A stretch of 50,791 nucleotides of DNA from a virus (IMGVR_UViG_3300031576_000065:1-50791), one strand, 5' to 3'; numbered from the stretch's first letter, positions 35,605 to 46,526 are shown. Made by a program: numbers and translations. The notes: generated by a model from the letters alone, not told the origin.

Positions 35605-38600
35605 AATTGCCTCCTAGGATCTGCTCGATTAGTTTGTCAACCTTGCTCTTTTTTCGCTTGTTGGTTGGTATTCTGCCTGCGTCTCGCAATCCTTGCAACA
35701 TTTTGTCTATCTGTTCTTGAATTTCAAGACTCTGATAGTAAGCTTGCTGTTGTGGATCACTTGTAACGACGGACTGGCCGCCGAGCCAGGAAGTGAGCGA
35801 GGCGTTTCCACTTCGTTTCGCAGCAATACTCCCTGGTCCTGTAACACCGGCCAACCTGGTTCCCGGAATCTGTCCAAGCAGGTAAGCGTAATACGGGTTA
35901 GCGCCTGGTCCTTCTACTCCTTGTCTTGCCGTCTTGCCAACATTACCACCCGGTATAAGTGACAATAATCCAGCACCCAATGGTGTAACCGGTGCTCTAG
36001 GGTGCCTATCATCTGCAATAGGTTGTCCTGTGAAGAACGACTTGTTCAAGTAAAGTTCTGCCGGAACTTTGATTCCAGGGGACAGCATAGAGAAGGCTCT
36101 GTCTAGAGGCTCCCTCGGCCCTTGGAAAGGCATAAGATCGGAAACTCCAAACTGAGGAATATAGAACTTGTTCTTCCCAATAGGGAACCCCATGCCTGTT
36201 TCAACAAACTCAGGTACAGGTTGCTCAGGTTGGTTGGCAACATAAGTTGCCTCCTGGACCAGTTTTGGAAAGGCAGAGTATCGCCCCGGTTCCTGAAATA
36301 TCTTCTTAACCTGATAGGGGATGTTCTTCCTAGTCCACGTATAGAAGGGAAAGATTGTATCTCTGAGTTTCTGCTCAAAGGGTGTTAGATCCTCATAGTC
36401 GAAATGGGCCAACTTGACCCGCATGGCCGCCTCGCCCGCACTTTCGCCAAGCCCCTGCCTGCGCCACATATAATGGGTTAGACGACCCCAATTCTCTGCG
36501 GATTTGTTGAAGTCCTGCATAACCTTGGTGGTGAGAGCTATATAGTTATGATTTTTGCGGAGTGCACGAGCGGTTTTCCCGCCATACTTGAAATACTTTT
36601 CGACCCTGGCGATATCCCCAGCGAACAATCCTGCAAGGATACCATGGTCAGCTGCTTCCTGCACCCAACCAAAAGCAATGGGTTCGCCGGCACTGGCTGC
36701 CTTCATAGTTCTGGCAGCACGAGTCCCATAAAAACCAAGCGCCCTAGGACCAATACCCGACAACCACATGTTCCACATGTCGGTCATGGTGTTGCGGACA
36801 CGGTACCCTGGGTTCATAATGGTAACAAGAACCTTCCAGGCACCCTGCCACTTACCAAAGGACTCAACGAAATTGTCCACCGTGGAGTCATTGCCGCTAA
36901 CGATCCGCTCCAAGCGGAGGAAACTATCAGCCGCCTCTTGCGGGAACGCAAAGGTGTTACCGTATTTGTCTGTAGCTCGGCTGTCCACCATCATACTCGG
37001 CTTCACCGCGCGATTTGCTTTGCCCCTCTTTGACGCCTTAACAGCAGCATTGGCGAACTTGAGTTCGGCCTTGGCTTCCTTCAAGACTTCTTTTGCAGTT
37101 TTGTGGGCAATCAAAGACTCAGACACCGCCTGCTTGTGGACAGATGTGCGCGGGTTATCCATCGCCTTGAGGGCATCATTCATCTTCTTACGTAGAGAGA
37201 CCATCTTGGCCTGGTTCTTGACAATCTGAGGGGTTGTAATCCTAGCAGCCCTAACCCGGCGTAGTTCAGCCTGTAGTTCAGCAATACGCTCCGACTTCTT
37301 GGCCCGCTTGATCTTACCCTCAAGCTCCTCAATCTTTCCTGCCTTAGCGTTCTTACGCAGTTTGGCGGCGGCAGATATATGTGCCTTCTCTGCCACTCCT
37401 TGGACACGAAGAAGTTCGTCCTTTATCTTTTGGACGGCCTTATCATAGTCACCCTCTGCATGAGCAGCTGCTCGGATAGCAGCCTCATACTTACCAAGGC
37501 CAGCTTCCTGTCTCTTGACGGCACGGGCCACGCCCTTCTCGCTAACCAATCTGGTAGGTACGCCGATACTGGCCTTCAGGGTATTGATAAGAGCCATGTC
37601 CGCCTGGCGCTCAGCACCCGCACGAGAGCGATGTGCCAAGAGTCGAAACGGATTGGTTTCAATATCCTTTGGGAGAGCGCCTTCATCTACCAGCTTTTTG
37701 ATCTGTAGAATTGAGAGCGCGCCTTTCCTGTTCTTCTGGAAACCCGCTTCGGTGAGAAGCCCCCGCTGAGTAATTGTGGGGATAGCTGTCTCGCCATCCT
37801 TCTTCAAAATGTGGGGAACATAAAACTTACCGGTAGCACCAAAATGCTCCACAGTTACGCCCGCAGCACGGTCAAATTTGTACATAGATTCCGTGGCCGC
37901 GAAGTATCGCCGAATAGCATCCTCCTGGCTGGCGTCCATTAGCCCCCGCTTCTTCAGCAAGGCCATGTACTGCTCGTTGATCTTGTAACCGCCGGCCTTG
38001 ATGGGAACAACTGCCTTCCAGCGACCCCCCTTGGCAGTCTTTAGCGGCTGTTCCATGTGGTGCAGGGCTTGGAGAAAGTGATCCACGTCCATAGTTTCGT
38101 CAACACCATTGAAGATTCTGCCGATCGTTTGGCGCTGCATAACCGCATTATGTTCAGCGACATGCTGACGAGCAACCTGGCCTGCACGAACAAGAGGATT
38201 CTTCCAGTCGGGAATAAATCCCCGCCCTAGACGGTCAGACAATTGGCTGATAACGGGAATGCCCGCACGACTAATCCGCTGTCCTGGACGGGCTAGGGCA
38301 GGGGCTATAGGAATCTGAAGGTGGTGCTTTCTAGTTCCATAGCGAAGGTATACTCTGCGATAGTCGTTTTCTAGCGCCTCTTTGTGGGCAATAGAAGTTG
38401 CTAGGGCCTCCTCCGATTTGGCTGCAACAGCCTCCTCGTGGGTAAGGCCCATAATTGGCCGGGATTGGTTGGACTTGTTGAGTCCAAGAAGCGCTCTACG
38501 GGAGGCAAACTTTTCTCCACCCGCCTTGAGCAACTCCTCCGTAATTTCGTCAACCTCACCCTTGAGGGCCTTCTGTCCTGCCTCCTCAGCAGCCTGTTTA

Positions 38601-39289
38601 AGCAACTTGGGGGTAACAGCTTTACCTGCAGTTTTAGCGGCTATATAAGCAGCAGTTGAACCCCCGCCCGTGAAAGGAGCACCAGCAAGAGACAGAAGCA
38701 TAAGGGGGTCGGTAGCAACATCAAGACCAAAACCAGTGGCACCCCTGAGCCTACGATGTCCTTTAAGAACACCCTGTTCCTCTAGAACCTCCCCGAATCC
38801 CTTACGCGTTTCTCCCTTAACACCCCTGAGCGCCGCTTCTGCAACTTCCTTAGTTTTTCCAGGATGACTGATTACCTTACCGGCTATAACGGCGGGATGA
38901 AAGTCATACCACTTTTGGTCCCCTTTTAGTGCCTCACTTGCAGCAGATGAGATGGCCCAGGAGGGGCGCATGAGTTTGTCCAGGGTCCAGGTAGCTCCGC
39001 CTAGCGCTCCTTTGCCTACTCCCTTGAGTTTATCACCAAAAGACCGATGCCCCTCGAATTCAAAAGCAGCCAAAACTTGTGCCGTTTGTCTCGGCGTAAA
39101 CCCTGCTTCAGCAAGAGCAATGGCCTTCTGCTGACCAGAGGCATCAGACTGAAGAAGAGCAATAACAGCAGCCTTGTTGATCTTCTTTTTCTTCTTAGGC
39201 TTGGGCGGTTTGTAGGTAGGAGTAGGCAACCCGCCGAAGCCGGAGCTAGATGAACTATCGCCTAGCCCTCCAAACGGATTTGTTGCCAT
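35594..39289 (-). CDS. Large internal virion/ejection protein (1231 aa)
   Basis: Helical, A/K-rich; NPGYRVRN, HFDY, FPFYTW motifs seen in large podovirus internal proteins. Confidence 0.7.
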   Translation of the reverse strand: MATNPFGGLGDSSSSSGFGGLPTPTYKPPKPKKKKKINKAAVIALLQSDASGQQKAIALAEAGFTPRQTAQVLAAFEFEGHRSFGDKLKGVGKGALGGATWTLDKLMRPSWAISSAASEALKGDQKWYDFHPAVIAGKVISHPGKTKEVAEAALRGVKGETRKGFGEVLEEQGVLKGHRRLRGATGFGLDVATDPLMLLSLAGAPFTGGGSTAAYIAAKTAGKAVTPKLLKQAAEEAGQKALKGEVDEITEELLKAGGEKFASRRALLGLNKSNQSRPIMGLTHEEAVAAKSEEALATSIAHKEALENDYRRVYLRYGTRKHHLQIPIAPALARPGQRISRAGIPVISQLSDRLGRGFIPDWKNPLVRAGQVARQHVAEHNAVMQRQTIGRIFNGVDETMDVDHFLQALHHMEQPLKTAKGGRWKAVVPIKAGGYKINEQYMALLKKRGLMDASQEDAIRRYFAATESMYKFDRAAGVTVEHFGATGKFYVPHILKKDGETAIPTITQRGLLTEAGFQKNRKGALSILQIKKLVDEGALPKDIETNPFRLLAHRSRAGAERQADMALINTLKASIGVPTRLVSEKGVARAVKRQEAGLGKYEAAIRAAAHAEGDYDKAVQKIKDELLRVQGVAEKAHISAAAKLRKNAKAGKIEELEGKIKRAKKSERIAELQAELRRVRAARITTPQIVKNQAKMVSLRKKMNDALKAMDNPRTSVHKQAVSESLIAHKTAKEVLKEAKAELKFANAAVKASKRGKANRAVKPSMMVDSRATDKYGNTFAFPQEAADSFLRLERIVSGNDSTVDNFVESFGKWQGAWKVLVTIMNPGYRVRNTMTDMWNMWLSGIGPRALGFYGTRAARTMKAASAGEPIAFGWVQEAADHGILAGLFAGDIARVEKYFKYGGKTARALRKNHNYIALTTKVMQDFNKSAENWGRLTHYMWRRQGLGESAGEAAMRVKLAHFDYEDLTPFEQKLRDTIFPFYTWTRKNIPYQVKKIFQEPGRYSAFPKLVQEATYVANQPEQPVPEFVETGMGFPIGKNKFYIPQFGVSDLMPFQGPREPLDRAFSMLSPGIKVPAELYLNKSFFTGQPIADDRHPRAPVTPLGAGLLSLIPGGNVGKTARQGVEGPGANPYYAYLLGQIPGTRLAGVTGPGSIAAKRSGNASLTSWLGGQSVVTSDPQQQAYYQSLEIQEQIDKMLQGLRDAGRIPTNKRKKSKVDKLIEQILGGNYGG

Positions 39290-39297
39290 TATTCCTC

Positions 39298-40443
39298 CTA
39301 CTTTTTATTGCCGCCTTTTAAAATGGCGGGAGATTTACCCGCAGGAGCAAAGATAAGTTGTCCTTGCTTGTTAATCTTCCACTTTGTCCACTGTTTGTGT
39401 CCGTGACTTAGGCGAAGGATTTGTGCGAAGGCATTGCGCACCGCTGCCACAGCACGAGGATCGCTGGCAAGTCCCATCTGAGCAAGAGCAGTCATTGCAT
39501 TAGCAAGAGCAATCTTGGGACTTACCGCAAAGGTGTTCCTCGGACTCATTGCCCCACTGAAAGCTGCATTGCCAATATTGCTTCTAGTAGCTGGGTCATT
39601 CCAATCAACCCCACCCGGAGCCTCAATCAGTTTCCTTAGCTCAATTTGCGATTTCTTCAGAGCAAGTTTCTGGGCCTTGATATCTAGATTCCCCTGCTGA
39701 ATCTCCTGTCCACCCCTAACAAGGCCCTGCTGTGCCTGTGCTAACTCAAACTTTTGTAGTGCGGCAGCCTGTTTAAGAGCCTGCTGCCCTGTCTGATACT
39801 GAAGCATATCCTGCTTGCGACCCCAAGCCATATCCATCATGTCCATCAGGTTCTTCTGGTAGGCGGCACCCTTTTCCCGCTGAAGGTCGCCTAAGCCCCC
39901 CTGAAGCTCCTTTTGCTGGCTGTTGAAGCCCCCACTGGCCCTACGTCTATAGTCTAGCGACTGTGCCCCCAGAATAGGGGCCATACGGGCGTCAAACGCC
40001 TTGTCAGAGGCAGCAAGGCCGGAGAGCATGTCTATCCCTGCCTGACCGTAGGCGGCTCCCTCAGCGCCTCCTGCGCCTCCAAACAGCTGATTGATGCTCC
40101 CCTGCCCCTGTTGAGCCTGTTGGATGCCCTGATCCCAAGCAGCGGCAGCCTGTGATGCACCTGTGGCACGTTGGTCTTCAATCTGGGTAGCCCATCCTTG
40201 GAGGTCCTTAAGGGCTTCTTCCTCCTGTGCCTGACTTTGGGCAATCTGCCTCTGAAGTTCGGCGATGCCTGCGCCATAACCCAAATCTGTCATTGTTTGG
40301 GCCATTTTTTGTGGATTGAAACCAACTCCTTGCTTCTTTGGCTTCTTAGGGAGCAGCTTCTTATTCTTAGGATTTTTAAGAACAACTTTGCGGTGCAGAG
40401 GATTGCCAGAGGAGAGATACTTTCTGCCTGGAATTTTAATCAT
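39298..40443 (-). CDS. Putative internal virion protein
   Basis: Q/A/G-rich helical 381 aa; AGGAGG RBS. Confidence 0.65.
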   Translation of the reverse strand: MIKIPGRKYLSSGNPLHRKVVLKNPKNKKLLPKKPKKQGVGFNPQKMAQTMTDLGYGAGIAELQRQIAQSQAQEEEALKDLQGWATQIEDQRATGASQAAAAWDQGIQQAQQGQGSINQLFGGAGGAEGAAYGQAGIDMLSGLAASDKAFDARMAPILGAQSLDYRRRASGGFNSQQKELQGGLGDLQREKGAAYQKNLMDMMDMAWGRKQDMLQYQTGQQALKQAAALQKFELAQAQQGLVRGGQEIQQGNLDIKAQKLALKKSQIELRKLIEAPGGVDWNDPATRSNIGNAAFSGAMSPRNTFAVSPKIALANAMTALAQMGLASDPRAVAAVRNAFAQILRLSHGHKQWTKWKINKQGQLIFAPAGKSPAILKGGNKK

Positions 40444-40454
40444 TATATCCCTCC

Positions 40455-41102
40455 TTAGAGTATTCGGGTACCTGCGCCAGGCCCGGTTTTGGAAGTTTTA
40501 CGCTTTTTCTTTGGTGGGAAATAACCACCCTTTGGTCTCTGTCCTAGCTTTGGCATATTTGGCAAGCCAGGCATTGTAAAATTAGGAGCAAACAAAATTG
40601 GATCAGGCAGATAGTCCGAATCCGATCCAGGAGGAGTCCAATCTCCCTGCCCATTGTCGGCAGCATTTTGTAGAGAAGCAAGCATTTCGGCATTCTTCTG
40701 CCGCTCAATATCGCCCATCTGAGACTGATAGCCAGATTCATAGTCCGCCAGAGCGTTCTTGAAACCAAGAGCACCGACCGCATGTCCATAACGTAGGGCC
40801 GATTCTCCCTGATTTCCCAGCCCAGACCCAAAGAACCCTCTCTGCTGTGCCTGCTCATTAGCAGAGCTTAGCTCTGAACCCTGTATTTGAAGCATCTGCT
40901 GGTATCCCCCATACTGTGCATTGGGGTCTACGGCATAATCTTTGTTCAGGCCGGCCTTGATCTGTGTTTGTTGACGCTGCGCCTGTAGCTGGGCCTTAGC
41001 ACGCTGATAAGCTGACTGTGCTTTTGCTTGGTTTTCTAGATATGTACCAGAACCGGGGATTAGGCGAACCTGACCTCCGCTGGTGTCATAATAGCTACTC
41101 AT
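40455..41102 (-). CDS. Putative internal virion protein
   Basis: Q/A/G-rich with RGFFGSG motif; ATG at 41102. Confidence 0.65.
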   Translation of the reverse strand: MSSYYDTSGGQVRLIPGSGTYLENQAKAQSAYQRAKAQLQAQRQQTQIKAGLNKDYAVDPNAQYGGYQQMLQIQGSELSSANEQAQQRGFFGSGLGNQGESALRYGHAVGALGFKNALADYESGYQSQMGDIERQKNAEMLASLQNAADNGQGDWTPPGSDSDYLPDPILFAPNFTMPGLPNMPKLGQRPKGGYFPPKKKRKTSKTGPGAGTRIL

Positions 41103-41104
41103 TA

Positions 41105-41893
41105 TTAACCAAGTTTCACCGGGTAAACGGACATCCACCGTTTTGCAAAAGTAGCTGTGGTAGCAGTGGAGTTCCTATATTTGGCCGTCAAAGTCACCGC
41201 TGAAAGACCTGTTTTCACACGCTGGAACGTACCGTTCACCAGCGGTGGGTCTCCCGCCGTGCCCCAGGAAGCTTCGTAAGCATCGACGTCTACCGCACCT
41301 GTGCCGCCTATATCATAGGACATTCGGGCTGTGGTGGACGTAGTAGAAGGCTGCGACTTGGCCCCGATAGCGACCAGGTAATCGCCTGCGACTGGAAGTA
41401 CAATACTTGGCCCCGCAGTTGCAAGGGCCGTATAGGTTGCCGAAGATGTCGTTTCCGAAGTTGCCACTTCTGCAAAAGCAGGCCGTCCCCCAATAAACTC
41501 CCATTTGGCAAGTGTCGAATTATAACGCAACAGCCAAGAATAGGTCGGTGCCGTTGTTGAATCAACAAGAATCGTTTCCTGCCCATCAGTAGGGGCGCCT
41601 GGAAGTGTCGTCTGATAAGTTGGAGCACTAGATGAAGATGCAATAGTAACATCCACCTCGTTGTTACCGGCGTCATCTGATACTGTAAGTGTGATGTTGG
41701 AACCCTCAACCAAATTAAGACGCTGGCGCTCAAAGTCTGACCCACCGGAGTTTTTACGAACCTTAATATAATTAAGCAACCCATCAATCACATCCATGGC
41801 AGCGTTAAACCCTTTACCAGAGGGAGCATCCACGGCGGTATTAAACTTTGGAATGCCCTTTGGGGTAGGGGTGCCTGTTGCGTCCTGTGCCAT
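41105..41893 (-). CDS. Putative tail fibre/appendage protein
   Basis: T/S/G-rich; LNLVEGSNITL..; follows the tail genes. Confidence 0.6.
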   Translation of the reverse strand: MAQDATGTPTPKGIPKFNTAVDAPSGKGFNAAMDVIDGLLNYIKVRKNSGGSDFERQRLNLVEGSNITLTVSDDAGNNEVDVTIASSSSAPTYQTTLPGAPTDGQETILVDSTTAPTYSWLLRYNSTLAKWEFIGGRPAFAEVATSETTSSATYTALATAGPSIVLPVAGDYLVAIGAKSQPSTTSTTARMSYDIGGTGAVDVDAYEASWGTAGDPPLVNGTFQRVKTGLSAVTLTAKYRNSTATTATFAKRWMSVYPVKLG

Positions 41894-42178
41894 TTATGCC
41901 GCCTTGTAGTAGGGTATCACGAAGGGCTGACCCGTGTAGTCCAGGACACGAATGTACCCTGTAGGGGTAGCCGGAAGTGCAGAGGCTGACCCTGCGGCCC
42001 CTACCGTCGTCTGAAACTGACCAAACTGAATTTGATCTGTAACCGCCAATTTTGCATTGACGGTCAACTCATCACAAACGAGGGCAGGAATTCGCGAGGG
42101 CGGGCTTTCTTCTAGTGCGTTCTGCAGAAAGCGAACCAAACGCTCAACAGTCCACTCACCAATGGTTTCTTCTGGCAT
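41894..42178 (-). CDS. Small tail-associated protein
   Basis: GAAGSASALPATPTGY..IPYY. Confidence 0.6.
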   Translation of the reverse strand: MPEETIGEWTVERLVRFLQNALEESPPSRIPALVCDELTVNAKLAVTDQIQFGQFQTTVGAAGSASALPATPTGYIRVLDYTGQPFVIPYYKAA

Positions 42179-44824
42179 TTATATGCGCCCCAATCTTTGC
42201 CACTTGAAAGCAATTTGGAAAGGTCCTAGATGTGCCTTGGTTACCGCAGGACTGTTTTGCCACAAACGGAAACTGAGCATCTGGGAACGCTTAAGGAACT
42301 TGATCCTTTTAGGCTTAAAATTAGCCAACACAAGCGTTTCCCAGGTTGGGAATAGGAGAGCTAGGTTGTCCCATGTACCGGCAAGCACAACCAACTGATC
42401 CCATGTGTACACCGTGGTAGGATACGCAGCCGTAGCCGTGCGTCCAATGGCCTGCAAACCGGGAACTGTATCAATTTTGAGAGAGTCACCCTGAGAGATA
42501 TATGTTAGAGAAAGCTGCTTAAACAGTTTCTTGTGCATAGAGTCGCCCTCGGTGAACTTCTTACTCTCCACGTAGAAATCAGGCCCGCAAGACAGAACTT
42601 GGGCAAACGCAACTAGAGGTCCGGTGTCGTTAGAAGGAGCGCCGAAGGGGTTTGCGAGTCCGTTTGCATAGGCGTCTGTGTTGAATTGGATAGCGTTAGC
42701 AGTAGTTCGCTTATAGAAGTTAATCCTAGCACTGGTCTCGACCTGCGACCCGATCCAATAAGAACCAGGGGCAAGCTCAACCGGAGTGGCGAACCCATAG
42801 CTTCTGAAAGCGGGGCCGTCTGCTTGGTTAAGGGCAACCACAGCGGTGGTACCCAAAAGTGCAGTAGGAACCCCTGCAACATCGGAATATATACCCGCTC
42901 TGACGTTGCACCCAGCTGAACCTCCACCCTGTCCCACGCTATAAACTGAGACCGACTGAATAGCAGCCCTCGTTGGGATAGTAATCTTGGAGAAGTATTT
43001 GGTATCGGCCTCACCGGCAAAAGTGGTTGCTGTTCCAAGTGAAGTCTCCCCATATCTATATGTGCCTGCGCTAGCGCCCAGATCACAGAGAATTGAATCA
43101 TTATCGTCAACATCGAATAAATCAAAACCTTGACCGATAATTGCCTTGGTGTTGTCATTCACAATGTAGAGATTCTGTTTTCCGGTATCCGCCGGAGTTT
43201 CTATGTATCCTCTGAAGGATAGGTTGGTGAATACAGAAAAAGCACGGGTCTCAAGGTTAATGACATATGTTAGCGCCGTAGGCGTATAGGAAATTGATCC
43301 CTTTTGCACGCCCACACTTGGGGCTAGATTCTCAATATGGAGCATATAGTGGCCTCGGACGACCATACCCCACATACGAAAAGTATTTGGGTCCATGTTA
43401 CGAACCGCGTTCTTATAGTAATCCCCTAATTTTTCCGCAGAAAGGTTGGAAACACTAATACCATCATAAAAGTAGATTCCATCGACTCCAGCCCAGATGA
43501 CACCGCCACCATATGGTTGTGCGGACATACCAGACAAGGTACCATCATCCTGGATCTTTTTGATCGAGAACGTCGTGGAAGTTGATCCGGTGATTGCATA
43601 GGTTTCATTCTCCTTAATGATGAGCAGCCCATTATAGGCCGGTACAAGAGCCTTAATAGGAGTATCCGTCCCCACGGACGAAGATACGTCAAAGAAATCC
43701 CCGTCGAAGGAACTGAGGTCGATACCCTCGGGATCACTAATATCGGAAAACCATACACGCGATGTACGCGTGAGGGCGCGACCATTATTAGCATACCATT
43801 GCCGACCGGCATAGAAAGCAGTTAGAAACCCGACCTTGTTGTCGGAACCCATGGTGCTAAGAACCCAATCCCCGTCACCCCTCAGAGCTACAAATTTTTC
43901 GTTGTTAAGGGCGATCGCGGCATTGGCGACAAGGGTTACGCTGATTTCATTGTTAATAGTAATTACCTTCCCAACCCAGGCCATATCCGCGGCACGATAG
44001 ATATTCCATGTACCCGTGTTCATCGCCTGCGAGATAAACTTGGTATTCGCACCAGTTACAGTAGTGGAGGTGGTGGTAGAAGTAATGCGTCCTTTCACAA
44101 TCCTATACTGAAATCCGCGCACACTGGTAGCTGTGTAGGTTTGACCTGTACTTGTGTAATTTGCCACGTCCAAAAGGGTCAGTGAAGTGTTTGAATCAAC
44201 CGACTTGACGACCCCTATCAATGTATTGGTAAAGTTACCGCGTGAAGCATCTACAGTGTTAGCAAAGATATACATACCAGATGCAATATTGGTAGTCCAG
44301 GTGGTTCCGGATCCGGTGACAGTTCTAGACCCTAGGGTGAAAGAAATAGTCCCTGTTGTATAATCCACCATATTTCCACCACGCCAGAATGCCAGGGTCT
44401 GAGTTGGAGCAGCCGAGTTGTACTGAGAAGAGGTGCCAATTATTGCCCCTCCGAGCAGGGCGGGTTTGGTATCAACTGCAAAGTAAGGGACCTGCGGAAG
44501 GAATCCATTCCATGTAAATGCTGTAGCTGTTGAAAAGTCGTTGCTAAGCATTTGAAACTGACCTGTAGCACTATCACCCACAAGAACACCAATTCTGTAG
44601 TTTCCTGCGGGCGTAATAGTGCCTACAATTCCACAACCCTTCTTAGCGAAGGTGGGAAAACCTGCGGCTGCGCGAACTGGCCCTCTACGCCGCACGAGAC
44701 CGGGATAGTCAAGCAGGGCGTCCTGTAGATACCGAGCCTCGGTATCCTCAAGCGTATGGGCCGGCTGCGCTAGGTTCATTCCACTTGGGAGACCATCAAA
44801 CGTCTGCGCTTGCAGAATAGCCAT
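42179..44824 (-). CDS. Tail nozzle/stabilisation protein (P22 gp10 / T7 gp12-like)
   Basis: GMNL..RRRG start, beta-propeller-like RVWFSD..IKALV..LLIIKE repeats; follows the adaptor gene. Confidence 0.7.
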   Translation of the reverse strand: MAILQAQTFDGLPSGMNLAQPAHTLEDTEARYLQDALLDYPGLVRRRGPVRAAAGFPTFAKKGCGIVGTITPAGNYRIGVLVGDSATGQFQMLSNDFSTATAFTWNGFLPQVPYFAVDTKPALLGGAIIGTSSQYNSAAPTQTLAFWRGGNMVDYTTGTISFTLGSRTVTGSGTTWTTNIASGMYIFANTVDASRGNFTNTLIGVVKSVDSNTSLTLLDVANYTSTGQTYTATSVRGFQYRIVKGRITSTTTSTTVTGANTKFISQAMNTGTWNIYRAADMAWVGKVITINNEISVTLVANAAIALNNEKFVALRGDGDWVLSTMGSDNKVGFLTAFYAGRQWYANNGRALTRTSRVWFSDISDPEGIDLSSFDGDFFDVSSSVGTDTPIKALVPAYNGLLIIKENETYAITGSTSTTFSIKKIQDDGTLSGMSAQPYGGGVIWAGVDGIYFYDGISVSNLSAEKLGDYYKNAVRNMDPNTFRMWGMVVRGHYMLHIENLAPSVGVQKGSISYTPTALTYVINLETRAFSVFTNLSFRGYIETPADTGKQNLYIVNDNTKAIIGQGFDLFDVDDNDSILCDLGASAGTYRYGETSLGTATTFAGEADTKYFSKITIPTRAAIQSVSVYSVGQGGGSAGCNVRAGIYSDVAGVPTALLGTTAVVALNQADGPAFRSYGFATPVELAPGSYWIGSQVETSARINFYKRTTANAIQFNTDAYANGLANPFGAPSNDTGPLVAFAQVLSCGPDFYVESKKFTEGDSMHKKLFKQLSLTYISQGDSLKIDTVPGLQAIGRTATAAYPTTVYTWDQLVVLAGTWDNLALLFPTWETLVLANFKPKRIKFLKRSQMLSFRLWQNSPAVTKAHLGPFQIAFKWQRLGRI

Positions 44825-44832
44825 TAAGCCTC

Positions 44833-45474
44833 CTAATAGTCGTAAAGATCGTCCTCATCAACAACGAAGATTTGGTCAGACCGCTGATACTGCCTACGGA
44901 ATAGGTCTTCGTGCATTTGCTGAATCTTGTTCTCATAATCAGTTTGGAACATGTTCCCATTTTCAGGGTCATCCTCCATCTTGTACAGTCGCCATAGAGC
45001 ACCAAGAACAATTACCTGATGGTGTCTTGTGGGAAGAAGAATACTTGCCTGAAGTGAGTTTTCTGTAAGCTCAGGTTGTGTTGCAATATAATCCAACTGG
45101 AACCGACCTGCCGAGGACGGAGGCACCGGATAGAGCCTGATCTGGCCTGCTATAAAATAATAACTAGCGGGGTCAGAAACCTGGGTAATTTGGTTTCCAT
45201 AACGGTCCCGAATTGTAGACAACCGCTCAGGCCAGATGGTCACCCCATTGGTGTTATCATAGATCCAAAGAGTGGTCTTGAAGTCAGTTGGCATATTTGT
45301 CGGAGTCGGAGAAGCCCCGTCAAAGTTGAGGGCGAGCGTCTTCTCTAGAAAAGGCCATGGTTCACGAGATTCAATATCCCAAACGGCATCGTTAATCTTT
45401 GCCATTTTACGTTCGGTACTGGTATCTTCAAACCCGTGGTCCACCAATTCCGATAGAATCTCTGAAACGTCCAT
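44833..45474 (-). CDS. Head-tail adaptor protein
   Basis: INDA..WPFL..PTDF..P..Y..IRLYPVP..LP..H..IVLGAL. Confidence 0.75.
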   Translation of the reverse strand: MDVSEILSELVDHGFEDTSTERKMAKINDAVWDIESREPWPFLEKTLALNFDGASPTPTNMPTDFKTTLWIYDNTNGVTIWPERLSTIRDRYGNQITQVSDPASYYFIAGQIRLYPVPPSSAGRFQLDYIATQPELTENSLQASILLPTRHHQVIVLGALWRLYKMEDDPENGNMFQTDYENKIQQMHEDLFRRQYQRSDQIFVVDEDDLYDY

Positions 45475-45866
45475 TAGTAAGCTCTTGCACCCGGTCCTTG
45501 CAGTCCGTAATTTCCAAGAAGCTGCCTAAGGATTAGGGGGTTAATCATAGGCTGTGCCCCAGGAGCACCGGGAGAGGATACAGGCCCATAACCAAAACTT
45601 CCCCCATCACGGAGCAGATCAAACTGAGGAGCTTCAATTGCCCCCGCACCATACTCCTGGTTGCCTCCATACTGTCCCAACATTTGCGGAAGAGCGGATG
45701 TCCGCTGACCCTGCCCGCCTGCGCTGCCAAAAGCAAGTCCGCGACCAAATCCGGAACCACTAGGACGGCCTACCCTAAACCCGCCTCCACTACGCCCACC
45801 ACGTCCAGACAACTTGGCAATAAGTTGCCGCTTGCGCTGCTCGAACGGATCACCTGGTATAAGCAT
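45474..45866 (-). CDS. Hypothetical G-rich protein
   Basis: Coupled ORF. Confidence 0.6.
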   Translation of the reverse strand: MLIPGDPFEQRKRQLIAKLSGRGGRSGGGFRVGRPSGSGFGRGLAFGSAGGQGQRTSALPQMLGQYGGNQEYGAGAIEAPQFDLLRDGGSFGYGPVSSPGAPGAQPMINPLILRQLLGNYGLQGPGARAY

Positions 45867-45869
45867 TAT

Positions 45870-46322
45870 TTATCTCCCATCACCTGGCATATAGACTTTA
45901 ACGGGGGCCTTGTCCGACCCCATTTTTCTAAAACCCCACTCCATAGACTCAGCCAGCTGGCCGTCAACATCTGAGTGGTCCTTGTTCATCAGCAAATCGT
46001 TCTGCCGATTCCATTCATCAATGATTTCGTGTCCACGTCTCACAGCATCCGACTGGTATAGCCGTTTCTTGATTTCCTCCGGTGCGGGGATTCTATTTGG
46101 GGGTACAAATCCTAGGATAGGCAGGTCGCCAAACTTACTGGCGTCGTTGCTCCCGACCTTGAGATAGACACAATACTGCTGGGTCTTCTCATTGAAGCCA
46201 AAATCTAGGTTTGGATCGTACTCCCCTGCCGCCTTGCGGGCGGCAATAAGTTCCCTCGCCTGATATCCGAAAGGTGTCCAAATCTGTGCTAATTCGCGTT
46301 CCATATGTCTCCAATTGGACAT
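45870..46322 (-). CDS. Hypothetical protein downstream of the capsid gene
   Basis: 150-aa ORF; no clear SD sequence. Confidence 0.65.
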   Translation of the reverse strand: MSNWRHMERELAQIWTPFGYQARELIAARKAAGEYDPNLDFGFNEKTQQYCVYLKVGSNDASKFGDLPILGFVPPNRIPAPEEIKKRLYQSDAVRRGHEIIDEWNRQNDLLMNKDHSDVDGQLAESMEWGFRKMGSDKAPVKVYMPGDGR

Positions 46323-46428
46323 TGGAGAAGGAGGGGGTACGTCTCCCTTGCCCCCACTTCACTAAAGGTGCGTGCATCTAAGAACAATTATACACTATCC
46401 TTCTCCAAATTATCCTAAGGATTATATA

Positions 46429-46526
46429 CTAAATCCCAGAAGGATCATCCGTCAGTCCATACAGGACCAGCTGCGTGTTCCTCCGCTGAGCGCCGAGGTT
46501 GCAATACTTCGCAAGCACGGCCTCCC
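46429..46526 (-). CDS. Major capsid protein, exon 3
   Basis: T|GG GAG.. gives (GFDA)WEAVLAKYCNLGAQRRNTQLVLYGLTDDPSGI*. Confidence 0.85.

Noticed and set aside
35594-39289. Tape measure protein
   Set aside because: No tail tube, tail chaperone or baseplate genes nearby; it follows adaptor and nozzle genes as in podoviruses.
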